Notes: generated by a model not told the origin, from the letters alone. A stretch of DNA of 64,000 bases from Flavobacterium sp. (GCF_965284515.1 NZ_OZ260089.1:1797301-1861300), one strand, 5' to 3'. Positions 8,575 through 19,960 are shown, counted from the first letter of the stretch. Numbers and translations are program-made.

Positions 8575-9192
8575 ATGGAAAATATAAAAAAAGAACACTG
8601 GGAAAAAGTCTTTACTACAAAAGCAGAAAACAAGGTGAGTTGGTATCAAACAAAACCAGAAACTTCAATACAATTAATTCAGGCTTGTAAATTGCCTAAA
8701 GATGCTAGAATTATTGACATTGGTGGTGGCGATAGTTACTTGATAGATAGTTTAATAGAATTAGGATATACCAATTTGTATTTATTAGATATTTCAGAAA
8801 GTGCAATTGAAAGAAGTAAGAAGAGGTTAGGAGCTAAAGCAGATAAAGTAACTTTTATAGTTTCAGATGTTTTAGATTTTAATTCGGTTGAAAAATTTGA
8901 TGTTTGGCACGATAGAGCATCATTCCATTTTTTAACAAATGAAAATGATATTTTGAGCTATAAATCAATTGTTTCAAATGCATTAAATGCAAATGGTAAT
9001 TTTATATTAGGAACATTTTCAACAGATGGACCTTTAAAATGTAGTGGTTTAGAAATCACTCAATATTCGGTTGAAAAAATGCTGGAGTTATTTGAAGAGG
9101 AGTTTGAAATGGAAAATTGTTTTACGGAAGATCATGAAACACCATTTGATACAATTCAAAATTTTATTTTTAGTCACTTTAAAAAGAAGTAA
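8575..9192 (+). CDS. Class I SAM-dependent methyltransferase
   Basis: Motif I IIDIGGGDS, LLDISESA, VSDV, WHDRASFHFL, GPLKCSGL. ATG at 8575 lies directly after the upstream stop. Confidence 0.85.
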   Translation: MENIKKEHWEKVFTTKAENKVSWYQTKPETSIQLIQACKLPKDARIIDIGGGDSYLIDSLIELGYTNLYLLDISESAIERSKKRLGAKADKVTFIVSDVLDFNSVEKFDVWHDRASFHFLTNENDILSYKSIVSNALNANGNFILGTFSTDGPLKCSGLEITQYSVEKMLELFEEEFEMENCFTEDHETPFDTIQNFIFSHFKKK

Positions 9193-9194
9193 TA

Positions 9195-9806
9195 ATGTTT
9201 GTTGAATTACAAGAAACCTTAAAAAAGATTGATAAAATTTCTATTTCTGAAGAAAGAAAGGAAGTTTTACAGCCATTAGTTGATTATATAGTGGAAAAAG
9301 CAAATGAGAACGCTTCTGTTCAATTAAATTTCATTTGCACACATAATTCACGTAGAAGTCATTTGACTCAAATTTGGGCACAAGTAATGGCTTTTTATTA
9401 TGCAATTGATAATGTTTTTTGTTATTCTGGTGGAACTGAAACAACTGCTATGTTTCCAAAAGTGTCAGAAACATTAAGTAATCAAGGTTTTCAAATTCAA
9501 AAATTGAACGAGACAGAAAACCCAGTTTATGCTGTAAAATATAACGAAAACGCTCATCCTATCATTTGTTTTTCAAAAAAGTATGATGATGCATTTAATC
9601 CAGAATCAAAATTTGCTGCAATTATGACTTGTTCACAAGCAGATGGTGGTTGTCCATTTATTGCTGGTGCTGAAAAGAGAATTCCTATAACCTATGAAGA
9701 CCCAAAAGTATTTGATGGAACCGATTTAATGAATGAAAAATACACTGAAAGAAGTTTAGAAATTGCAGCTGAAATGAATTATGTGTTTTCAAAGATAAAA
9801 AAATAG
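9195..9806 (+). CDS. arsC: Arsenate reductase, LMW-PTP fold (thioredoxin-type)
   Basis: P-loop CTHNSRRS (CX5R), C-X6-C pair TCSQADGGCP, and YEDP motif; lies in the ars operon. Confidence 0.8.
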   Translation: MFVELQETLKKIDKISISEERKEVLQPLVDYIVEKANENASVQLNFICTHNSRRSHLTQIWAQVMAFYYAIDNVFCYSGGTETTAMFPKVSETLSNQGFQIQKLNETENPVYAVKYNENAHPIICFSKKYDDAFNPESKFAAIMTCSQADGGCPFIAGAEKRIPITYEDPKVFDGTDLMNEKYTERSLEIAAEMNYVFSKIKK

Positions 9807-9810
9807 TGGA

Positions 9811-10842
9811 ATGAAAAAAAGATTAGGATTTTTAGACAAATATTTAACGCTTTGGATTTTTTTAGCGATGTTACTTGGTGTTGGAATTGGATATTTAATT
9901 CCGAATTCGGCAGATTTTATTAACTCCTTTTCTTCTGGAACAACAAATATTCCTTTAGCAATTGGATTAATTTTAATGATGTATCCACCTTTAACAAAAA
10001 TTGATTTTTCAAAAGTTCCATTAATGTTTGAAAAACCAAAGTTATTATCAGCTTCGTTTTTCATCACTTGGATTGTCGGGCCATTTTTGATGTTCTTATT
10101 AGCTACATTCTTTTTAAAAGATTATCCAGAATACATGATGGGATTAATTATCATCGGAATTGCGCCTTGTATTGCTATGGTAATCGTTTGGAATGAACTT
10201 GCCGAAGGAAACCGCGAATTAACCGCGGGTTTAATAGGAATAAATAGTTTGTTGCAAGTTTTCTTTTTTAGTTTGTATGCGTATTTCTATTTGGAAGTAA
10301 TGTTGCCTTTATTCGGAATTAAAGGTTTAGAATTAGATATTACAGTAGCAGAAATTGCAAAAACAGTTGGGATTTATTTAGGAATTCCATTTGGATTGGC
10401 TGTTATAAGTCGATTTATAATTAAAAAATATTTAGGTGATAAATTCTTTCACCAAAAATTTATTCCGTTTGTTTCACCAATTACGTTGATTGCTTTACTT
10501 TTTACTATTGTCATCATGTTTAGTTTGAAAGGAGAACTGATTGTTGAGTTACCAATGGATGTGGTTAGAATTGCTATTCCATTAGTCATTTTCTTTTTGA
10601 TTATGTTTTTCTTCATGTTTTTTGTTGCTAAAAATATTGGAGCAAATTATCGTGATGCTGTAGCTTTATCCTTTACAGCTTCTGGAAATAATTTCGAGTT
10701 GGCTATTGCTGTTTCTATTGGCGTTTTCGGAATCAATAGTGGGCAAGCTTTTGCTGGGGTTGTTGGACCGTTGGTAGAAGTTCCTGCTTTGATTATACTA
10801 GTAAATGTAGCTTTTTGGTTGAAGAAAAAGTTTTATAAATAA
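9811..10842 (+). CDS. acr3: Acr3 family arsenite efflux permease
   Basis: LDKYLTLWIFLAM, MMYPPL, APCIAMV (conserved Cys), SGNNFELAIAV, GPLVEVP. Confidence 0.96.
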   Translation: MKKRLGFLDKYLTLWIFLAMLLGVGIGYLIPNSADFINSFSSGTTNIPLAIGLILMMYPPLTKIDFSKVPLMFEKPKLLSASFFITWIVGPFLMFLLATFFLKDYPEYMMGLIIIGIAPCIAMVIVWNELAEGNRELTAGLIGINSLLQVFFFSLYAYFYLEVMLPLFGIKGLELDITVAEIAKTVGIYLGIPFGLAVISRFIIKKYLGDKFFHQKFIPFVSPITLIALLFTIVIMFSLKGELIVELPMDVVRIAIPLVIFFLIMFFFMFFVAKNIGANYRDAVALSFTASGNNFELAIAVSIGVFGINSGQAFAGVVGPLVEVPALIILVNVAFWLKKKFYK

Positions 10843-10870
10843 AAGAGGCTCTTTTAAAAGAGCCTCTTTT
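10841..10870. terminator. Bidirectional terminator
   Basis: Perfect 30-bp palindrome aaaagaggctcttttaaaagagcctctttt between convergent genes. Confidence 0.85.
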
Positions 10871-10890
10871 ATTTCATATTTAGTAAATAA

Positions 10891-12621
10891 TTACTCTTTT
10901 ATTACTTTAATTGTATTTGCACCAGTTTCATTTTCTAAAACTAAAATATACATTCCATTAGCGTAATTTGACATATTAATCTGAGATATATCTGAATTGT
11001 TTTCATTTAACTTTACGTCTAATAATTGTCCTAAAACTGAATAAATACTTGCTTTTGTATAGTTGTAATTTTCAATTGTTAAGATGTTTTTTACAGGATT
11101 AGGGTAGTAACTAATTGATTTTAAGTCATTATCATTTGTTCCTAAACTCGTTGTTATATTAAAAACATAAGGAGTTTGATAATTAGTATTTGATGGTGAA
11201 GTACTAGAAATTTTTAAAAAATAATCACCAGGAGTAAGTACTCTTGTTAAATTTAACGTAGAGCCTGTATTGTTTTGAGACGCACCTATAGGAGCTCCAG
11301 AACTATTTAAAATTGTCGCATTCATTGAGCTGGTAACAATGCTACTAATAGAGACTGCAGCATTCATGTTGTCAGCTATTGTAAACTTATAAAAATCATC
11401 ATCAATTGTTCCGCTAGCTTGTACAGTTGTAAAACCTCTATAGTCAGTATTTGTTGAAATGCTGTAAGCTAATTCTTTTACATTAGGTTCGTCTAATCCT
11501 TGCATTACATAATAATATTGACTAGGAAGTGCAGTGTGATTTTCAACTCCAATTGAAGTGTAATAGAAATATTTTATTGGGTAAGTTAAACCTGTACCTG
11601 TAAAATAATTATCCATTTTTGCTGCAGCTTCAGTTACAACTCCATCTGAAGATGAACCGTTAATTCTTCCTATAACACTTGAAAAGTCTATTAAGTTATC
11701 TATTGGTTTTTGGTTTATTCCAACAATAGTATTACCAATTGAGCCATTGCAATTCACATCAATATTCCAATAATCTGAACCAAATAAATGCTCGTTCATA
11801 TTACTAGAATTGTTAACTTCAATTCCTCCAAAAAGATACCTACTAGGCTCTCCACTATAATAATATGTTATTTTTAAATCTCTTAAAGCTTCAGAGCGTG
11901 TTTCCATACCAATAATCCACCCTAATCCAATGTCACTAGCATTACTTCCTCCATGAGGAGTTCCAAGAGTTAAAAATTTTGCCACATGGTGTTGACCGTC
12001 AGGTTGCCAATTGTATGAGTTTTGAATGTATTCTCTTGAAGCTAAACCTCCCATACTGTGTCCTACAAGAATAACTTTGTCTTTACCTGTTAAAGCTAAA
12101 ACTCTTTCAACAGCTTTTCTTACTGCAACTCCTTGTTTGGTTACTGCTGATTGATTACTGTAAACTGATGTTCCAATTGATCCATTGATGTTTACATCAA
12201 AATTTACATAGTAATAATCTCCATTTTGAATAGTGGTTGTTTCGAATGCTGCTATATCAGCACCAGATGTTGGAAAGAAGTTTGTATTTGCTAAACTATG
12301 ATTACCGTCTGAACTAAGACAAAAATCAAATCTACCTCCAAATGTTAATCCATATTGCGAATCAAAATAGTTAGTAGAAGTATTCCAAGTTTCTGAACTT
12401 GAATTTAATCCATGAATAAAGATTATAGGATAGGGAAGTTTACTTGTTGTAACTCTTCCATCGTTATTAACAAATGGAGTTTTTAAAGGAACAACTATAG
12501 TATCATTTGAATAATCAAAAAACTCAAATTCAGGGTTTCTTGGTTTAAACTGTTCTTCTTGGGCATTAATTATTGAAAATGAAAAAAGAAATAGAATTAC
12601 ATAATAAGTAGTTTTTTTCAT
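10891..12621 (-). CDS. T9SS-secreted alpha/beta hydrolase (lipase/PGAP1-like) with PPC-like domain and type A CTD
   Basis: Signal peptide; IFIHGL; nucleophile GHSMGG; TPHGGS; SDGVV; DDDFYKF PPC-like segment; C-terminal YYPNPV...GMYIL...KVIKE. Confidence 0.85.
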   Translation of the reverse strand: MKKTTYYVILFLFSFSIINAQEEQFKPRNPEFEFFDYSNDTIVVPLKTPFVNNDGRVTTSKLPYPIIFIHGLNSSSETWNTSTNYFDSQYGLTFGGRFDFCLSSDGNHSLANTNFFPTSGADIAAFETTTIQNGDYYYVNFDVNINGSIGTSVYSNQSAVTKQGVAVRKAVERVLALTGKDKVILVGHSMGGLASREYIQNSYNWQPDGQHHVAKFLTLGTPHGGSNASDIGLGWIIGMETRSEALRDLKITYYYSGEPSRYLFGGIEVNNSSNMNEHLFGSDYWNIDVNCNGSIGNTIVGINQKPIDNLIDFSSVIGRINGSSSDGVVTEAAAKMDNYFTGTGLTYPIKYFYYTSIGVENHTALPSQYYYVMQGLDEPNVKELAYSISTNTDYRGFTTVQASGTIDDDFYKFTIADNMNAAVSISSIVTSSMNATILNSSGAPIGASQNNTGSTLNLTRVLTPGDYFLKISSTSPSNTNYQTPYVFNITTSLGTNDNDLKSISYYPNPVKNILTIENYNYTKASIYSVLGQLLDVKLNENNSDISQINMSNYANGMYILVLENETGANTIKVIKE

Positions 12622-12713
12622 ATATAAATTATTTGTATTTGCTACGCAATATATAAATAATTTGTTAATTTTTTAAATATTTAAAAAACTTATTATGCTT
12701 ACATAGTATTTTT

Positions 12714-12971
12714 CTATTTATCAATAGATCCAAGTACTCTTTTCATAAAATCATTTAATGCAGTCTTTTTATCTGTACCTTCTTTTATCATTTTATGCAC
12801 TTCAAGTGCGCCATACATATTTGAAATAAGTTCACCAATTACATCTAGTTCTTCGTCTTTCAAAGAAGAAATTTCAGTTAAATTTTCTAAAACTTCAATT
12901 GTTTCAATTAAATAATCTTGATCATTATCTTCTATAAACTGAGTAAGTTGTTTAATTACTGGTATTTTCAT
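12714..12971 (-). CDS. Small conserved hypothetical protein (DUF6952-like)
   Basis: 85 aa, MKIPVIK...ELDVIGELISNMYGALEV; third gene of the prx-trx unit. Confidence 0.7.
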   Translation of the reverse strand: MKIPVIKQLTQFIEDNDQDYLIETIEVLENLTEISSLKDEELDVIGELISNMYGALEVHKMIKEGTDKKTALNDFMKRVLGSIDK

Positions 12972-13065
12972 GTGTGTGTATAAATTTGTAAGTTTATAAG
13001 GTTAAAAGATGTTTTTTTAAGTTATAGTCTTATTAAATCCCTAACCTTTTAAACCTTAATTCATT

Positions 13066-13374
13066 TTAGATTACTTCATTTACTAGTTCCGTTAAGACTT
13101 CAACTTTATTTGTTTGAGTCTGATTAACTAATACTCCATTTTTAAATGTTGCAAATGTTGGCAAATTATCAACTGTAGCTAATTTTCTTGATTCTGGAAA
13201 TTTTTCAGCATCAACTATTAAAAATGGAATTGATTCATTTTCAGATGCTAATTTTTTAAATTTTGGTTTCATTATTCTGCAATTTCCACACCAAGTAGCT
13301 GAAAATTGAACTACTACTTTTTCATTTTGAGCAATAATATCTGCTAAGTTATCTTGAGCTATTTCTGTAAACAT
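13066..13374 (-). CDS. Thioredoxin
   Basis: WCGNC active site and LPTF cis-proline loop. ATG at 13374 preferred. Confidence 0.9.
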   Translation of the reverse strand: MFTEIAQDNLADIIAQNEKVVVQFSATWCGNCRIMKPKFKKLASENESIPFLIVDAEKFPESRKLATVDNLPTFATFKNGVLVNQTQTNKVEVLTELVNEVI

Positions 13375-13392
13375 AGTTTTAAATTTAAAAAC

Positions 13393-13427
13393 CAATAGCA
13401 ATGTCAAATATTATAACATTGCTATTG
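13393..13427 (-). terminator. Intergenic hairpin between peroxiredoxin and thioredoxin
   Basis: 12-bp perfect stem caatagcaatgt / acattgctattg with a short U tract on the minus strand. Confidence 0.5.
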
Positions 13428-13447
13428 ATAGTATTAATTATAATTTA

Positions 13448-14086
13448 TTAATTTGAAGCTAAATACGCAGCAGTACTTAATCTATCAGCGCTCATTGCCT
13501 CTTTTCCTTCTTCCCAGTTTGCTGGACAAACTTCTCCTTTAGTTTGAACGTGTGTATAAGCATCGATTAATCTTAAATACTCGTTAACGTTTCTACCTAA
13601 TGGCATGTCATTAACACTTTCGTGGAAAATTTTACCTGTTTCGTCAATTAAGTAAGTAGCTCTAAAAGTAACATTAGATCCCTCTAATAGAACTGTATCT
13701 GTATCTTCATTATATTCTCCTGCTTCGATGTCTAATATCCCTAGAGTAGAAGATAAGTTGCGAGTTGTATCTGCCAATAAAGGGTAAGTAACCCCTTCAA
13801 TTCCACCATTGTCTTTTGCTGTATTTAACCAGGCAAAGTGAACTTCATTTGTGTCACAAGAAGCACCAATTACCATAGTATTTCTTTTTTCAAATTCTCC
13901 TAATGCAGCTTGAAAAGCATGCAATTCTGTTGGACACACAAAAGTAAAATCTTTAGGATACCAAAATAATATAACTTTTTTCTTATTGTTTACAGCTTCT
14001 TCTAAAACGTTGATTCTTAGGTTATCGCCCATTTCAGAAATTGCGTCAACCGTAATGTTTGGAAATTGTTTTCCTACTAATGCCAT
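13448..14086 (-). CDS. ahpC: Typical 2-Cys peroxiredoxin (AhpC family)
   Basis: YPKDFTFVCPTE and GEVCPANW motifs. Confidence 0.93.
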   Translation of the reverse strand: MALVGKQFPNITVDAISEMGDNLRINVLEEAVNNKKKVILFWYPKDFTFVCPTELHAFQAALGEFEKRNTMVIGASCDTNEVHFAWLNTAKDNGGIEGVTYPLLADTTRNLSSTLGILDIEAGEYNEDTDTVLLEGSNVTFRATYLIDETGKIFHESVNDMPLGRNVNEYLRLIDAYTHVQTKGEVCPANWEEGKEAMSADRLSTAAYLASN

Positions 14087-14124
14087 AGTATTTAATTTAA
14101 ATTATTTAATTTTTTTTAACACTG

Positions 14125-14199
14125 CAAAAATACGTTTAATAAGATAATTCAGAAATGATATTAATCATATTTAATCATACAACAATAGTTTTTATCTAT
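14125..14199 (-). promoter_or_regulatory. ahpC promoter with candidate OxyR half-site
   Basis: TATTTTTG on minus strand (14132-14125); exact ATAG-N7-CTAT at 14185-14199. Confidence 0.5.
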
Positions 14200-14216
14200 G
14201 CAAAATTTATGATATT

Positions 14217-14244
14217 AAAAACGCCCCATAGATGGGGCGTTTTT
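14217..14244 (-). terminator. Terminator after katG
   Basis: aaaaacgcccca-taga-tggggcgttttt. Confidence 0.85.
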
Positions 14245-14264
14245 AATAATAAAAAAGATTTTAT

Positions 14265-16499
<2,235 letters not shown>

Positions 16500-16518
16500 T
16501 CATTTTATAAATTTACAT

Positions 16519-16552
16519 AAAAAAAACCATGAAACTCTTGAAGCTCATGGTT
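16519..16552 (-). terminator. Terminator after nhaC
   Basis: aaccatga...tcatggtt stem with an A tract on plus (U tract on minus). Confidence 0.55.
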
Positions 16553-16588
16553 AATTCTTATTTATAAATAGATTTTACTTATTAAAAC

Positions 16589-18046
16589 CTATGCTTTTAT
16601 ATCTGAAACCAATTGTTTTATTTTAATATTAAAAGCAGCAAAAATCAATGTCATCACTGGACTAAGTAAGTTAAAGAAGGCATAAGGAAGATAGTCAAAA
16701 GTATCTACTCCTAACGTTCCTGATTGATATGCTCCACATGTATTCCAAGGAATTAACACTGAAGTAACTGTTCCTGAATCTTCAAGAGTTCTACTTAAAT
16801 TTTCTGGAGCTAGGCCTTTATCTTTATATGCTTTAGCAAACATTTTACCTGGAACAACAATTGCTAAATATTGATCAGAAGCTGTTATGTTTAAAGCCAT
16901 ACAACTTCCGACTGTTGCCGCAAATAAGCCAAATGTTGATTTTGCTAAGCTTAATAGTGCTTGACTTATTCTTGATAATGCACCAATAGCATCCATAATT
17001 CCACCAAAAACCATTGCACAGATAATTAACCAAATCGTTCCTAACATTTTTTCCATTCCTCCAGAAGTAAATAAGTCAGCAAGTGTTTTGTTGTCAGTTG
17101 GAATTACTGATTTTGTAGTTATAGCATTTAAAACACCTTTATATGCATTTGCGAAGTTTAAAGACTTTCCTCCAGAAAGCATTAAAACAATTTCAGGCTG
17201 AAAAATGATGGCAAAGACAGCAGCTAAAAGTGTACCTATTAATAAAGCTATTAATGGTTCTGTTTTTTTAATAATTAATCCAATTACAGTTATTGGAACT
17301 AAAAATAACCAAGGCGTAATGTTAAAAGTTTTTTCAATATCTGCTAATAAGACAGAAGAGTCAGCAATTCCAGTAATTTCAACATTAAGACCTAGAATTA
17401 CAAATAGTATTAGTGAGATTACAAAAGTTGGAGTTGTTGTTAATGACATGTATTTTATGTGTGTAAACAAATCCGTTCCGGCCATTGCAGGAGCTAAATT
17501 TGTTGTGTCTGACATTGGAGAAAGTTTATCTCCAAAATAAGCTCCAGAAATTACTGCTCCAGCAACCATTCCAACAGGGAATCCTAATGCTCCGCCAATT
17601 CCTATTAAAGCGATACCAACAGTTGCAGATGTAGTCCATGAACTTCCAGTTGCAATTGAAATTACAGCACAAATGATTAAAGTAGCAGGTAAAAAGATAG
17701 CAGGACTTAAAATTTGTAATCCATAATAAATCATTGATGGAATAATTCCACTTACTAACCATGTTCCTGCAAGTGCTCCAACCATTAATAGAATTAAGAT
17801 CGCTCCATTTGTAGACCTTACGTTTTCTGCCACTTCATCCATCATTTTTTGGAATGAAACCTTATTGAAAAAACCAACTATTGCAGCTACAGCAGCACCT
17901 AATAATAATATAAATTGGTTACTTCCTCCTAATGCGCTATCACCAAAGATATATACATTATAACCTAACATAATTATTAATGCAAAAACAGGAATTAATG
18001 CTTCCCAAATATTTAACTCTTTATTCGAATTTATTTTAGTATCCAT
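16589..18046 (-). CDS. nhaC: Na+/H+ antiporter NhaC family transporter
   Basis: ATGSSWTT, SGAYFGDKLSPMSDTTNLA, SRTLEDSGT, LIPWNTCG motifs. Confidence 0.92.
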   Translation of the reverse strand: MDTKINSNKELNIWEALIPVFALIIMLGYNVYIFGDSALGGSNQFILLLGAAVAAIVGFFNKVSFQKMMDEVAENVRSTNGAILILLMVGALAGTWLVSGIIPSMIYYGLQILSPAIFLPATLIICAVISIATGSSWTTSATVGIALIGIGGALGFPVGMVAGAVISGAYFGDKLSPMSDTTNLAPAMAGTDLFTHIKYMSLTTTPTFVISLILFVILGLNVEITGIADSSVLLADIEKTFNITPWLFLVPITVIGLIIKKTEPLIALLIGTLLAAVFAIIFQPEIVLMLSGGKSLNFANAYKGVLNAITTKSVIPTDNKTLADLFTSGGMEKMLGTIWLIICAMVFGGIMDAIGALSRISQALLSLAKSTFGLFAATVGSCMALNITASDQYLAIVVPGKMFAKAYKDKGLAPENLSRTLEDSGTVTSVLIPWNTCGAYQSGTLGVDTFDYLPYAFFNLLSPVMTLIFAAFNIKIKQLVSDIKA

Positions 18047-18071
18047 TTATTTTTTTTTGAAGACGCAATAT

Positions 18072-18110
18072 AAAAAAAAAAATCCGCTTAAGAATTTCTT
18101 AAACGGACTT
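18072..18110 (-). terminator. Terminator after PLP enzyme gene
   Basis: tccg.ttaaga / tcttaa.cgga stem next to an A11 tract. Confidence 0.65.
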
Positions 18111-18128
18111 TATTGGTAACTTTTATGT

Positions 18129-19331
18129 TTAAAGAACATTCAATTCTTTCATACATTGTTTCATCATTTGATAAGTTCTTTCAATGTCATTATCTAATCC
18201 AATTGAGAAGCGGATTAATCCATCTGTTAGGCCCATTTCAGCCTGCTCTTCCATAGGGATTTCAGATGAAGTAGAAGTTCCAGGTGCACTAAACAATGTT
18301 TTATAGAAACCTAAACTTACTGCTAAATATCCTAAATTACGTTCTTGCATTAATTCCATTAAAGCATTTGCTTTTTCTAATGAACCAGCGTCAATTGTCA
18401 TCATTCCTCCAAAACCGTATTCTGGATTAATCATTTTAGAATATATTTCATGACTTGGGTGACTTTTTAATCCTGGGTAAACAGTTTTTAAACCATCTTT
18501 CTCAAATTTTTCTGCTAAATAAGCCGCGTTATAACTGTGTTGCTTAACACGTAGGTGTAATGTTCTTAAGTTTTTCATTACTGAAGCCGAACGCATACTG
18601 TCCATTGTTGGTCCTAATAGCATGCTTGCACCTGAATTTACATTTTTTAAATCGTTAATAAATTCTTGAGAAGCACAAACTACACCTCCAACAGTATCGC
18701 TACTTCCATTGATGTATTTTGTTAAAGAGTGAATTACAATATCTGCTCCTAATTTGATTGGCGAAACAGATAATGGTGAAAAAGTATTGTCAACAACTAA
18801 TTTAAGGTTATGCTTTTTAGCGATTTTAGAAAGGTTAGCTAAATCAGCTACTTCTAATAATGGGTTACTTACAGTTTCACAGTATAAAACTTTTGTGTTA
18901 GGTGTTATTGCGGCTTCAACAACATCTAATTTAGTGATGTCTACAAAAGTAGTTTGAATCCCCATTCGAGGTGCAAAGTTCTTTAAAAAGGCATATGTTC
19001 CACCATAGATTGTTCTACTTGAAACAATATGATCTCCGTTTCCACACAATTGTAATAAAGTAGGGGTAATAGCACCCATTCCAGATGCTGCAACATTTGC
19101 AGTTTCTGTTCCTTCCATTGCAGCAAGAGCTCTATCTAAATATAAATTACTAGGTGAAGAGTGACGAGAATATAAATAACAACCTTCTGCATTTCCTTCG
19201 AAAGTATCGAACATTGTTTTTGCAGAAAGGAATGTGTAAGTAGATGAATCAGAAATAGAAGGATTTACTCCTCCAAATTCACCAAAATATTGTAAGTCTT
19301 GAATATTGTCAGCTGGATTGAATTTACTCAT
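18129..19331 (-). CDS. PLP-dependent Cys/Met metabolism enzyme (methionine gamma-lyase / cystathionine lyase family)
   Basis: YSRHSSP, ASGMGAI, ETVSNPLL, VDNTF, HSLTKYING (PLP lysine), LIRFSIGLD. Confidence 0.9.
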   Translation of the reverse strand: MSKFNPADNIQDLQYFGEFGGVNPSISDSSTYTFLSAKTMFDTFEGNAEGCYLYSRHSSPSNLYLDRALAAMEGTETANVAASGMGAITPTLLQLCGNGDHIVSSRTIYGGTYAFLKNFAPRMGIQTTFVDITKLDVVEAAITPNTKVLYCETVSNPLLEVADLANLSKIAKKHNLKLVVDNTFSPLSVSPIKLGADIVIHSLTKYINGSSDTVGGVVCASQEFINDLKNVNSGASMLLGPTMDSMRSASVMKNLRTLHLRVKQHSYNAAYLAEKFEKDGLKTVYPGLKSHPSHEIYSKMINPEYGFGGMMTIDAGSLEKANALMELMQERNLGYLAVSLGFYKTLFSAPGTSTSSEIPMEEQAEMGLTDGLIRFSIGLDNDIERTYQMMKQCMKELNVL

Positions 19332-19498
19332 AATAAGTTGCTTGTTTGAAATTTATAATACATCAAATATCTACAATGTTAATATAAAAATCAAGCATTT
19401 GATTAAAATGTAGTTTTTAAAACTAAAATGGTTTAAATATGTAGATTTATTATCTATTAAATTTTGTATTTTTGTACTCCAATAAAAAAAATATCAAT

Positions 19499-19960
19499 AT
19501 GAAATTAGATGCAATTGACAGGAAACTTTTGGAAATGCTTCAAAAAGATACAAAAAAAACAACAAAAGAACTTTCGGATAAGTTAAACCTTTCTGTTACA
19601 GCTATCTATGAAAGAATTAAGAAATTAGAACGTGAAGGTGTAATTAAGAATTACATTGCCTTGTTAGATAAATCAAAGGTAAGTAAAAATTTTGTTGTTT
19701 TTTGTCACGTTAAACTTACTCAGCACAATATTGATTTAATTAAGCATTTTGAGAAACAAATTTTGAAATTAGATGAAGTTTTAGAATGTTTTCATGTTAG
19801 TGGGGATTATGATTATATTTTAAAAATCTTTGTTGAAGATATGGAAGCCTATCGCGAATTTATGGTTACTAAATTGACAACGATTAAAGATATTGGGAGT
19901 ACGCATAGTACTTTTATGATTGGAGAGGTAAAAAACACGACTGCATTTAAGTTAAGTTAA
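19499..19960 (+). CDS. Lrp/AsnC family regulator
   Basis: LDAIDRKLL, SVTAIYERIKKLEREGVI, VSGDYDYILK. Divergent from the PLP enzyme. ATG at 19499 chosen because TATTTTTG at 19467-19474 overlaps the earlier start. Confidence 0.93.
   Translation: MKLDAIDRKLLEMLQKDTKKTTKELSDKLNLSVTAIYERIKKLEREGVIKNYIALLDKSKVSKNFVVFCHVKLTQHNIDLIKHFEKQILKLDEVLECFHVSGDYDYILKIFVEDMEAYREFMVTKLTTIKDIGSTHSTFMIGEVKNTTAFKLS

Noticed and set aside
19332-19498. SAM or other riboswitch upstream of the Cys/Met enzyme
   Set aside because: The region is AT-rich with no recognisable aptamer; the divergent Lrp gene explains regulation.
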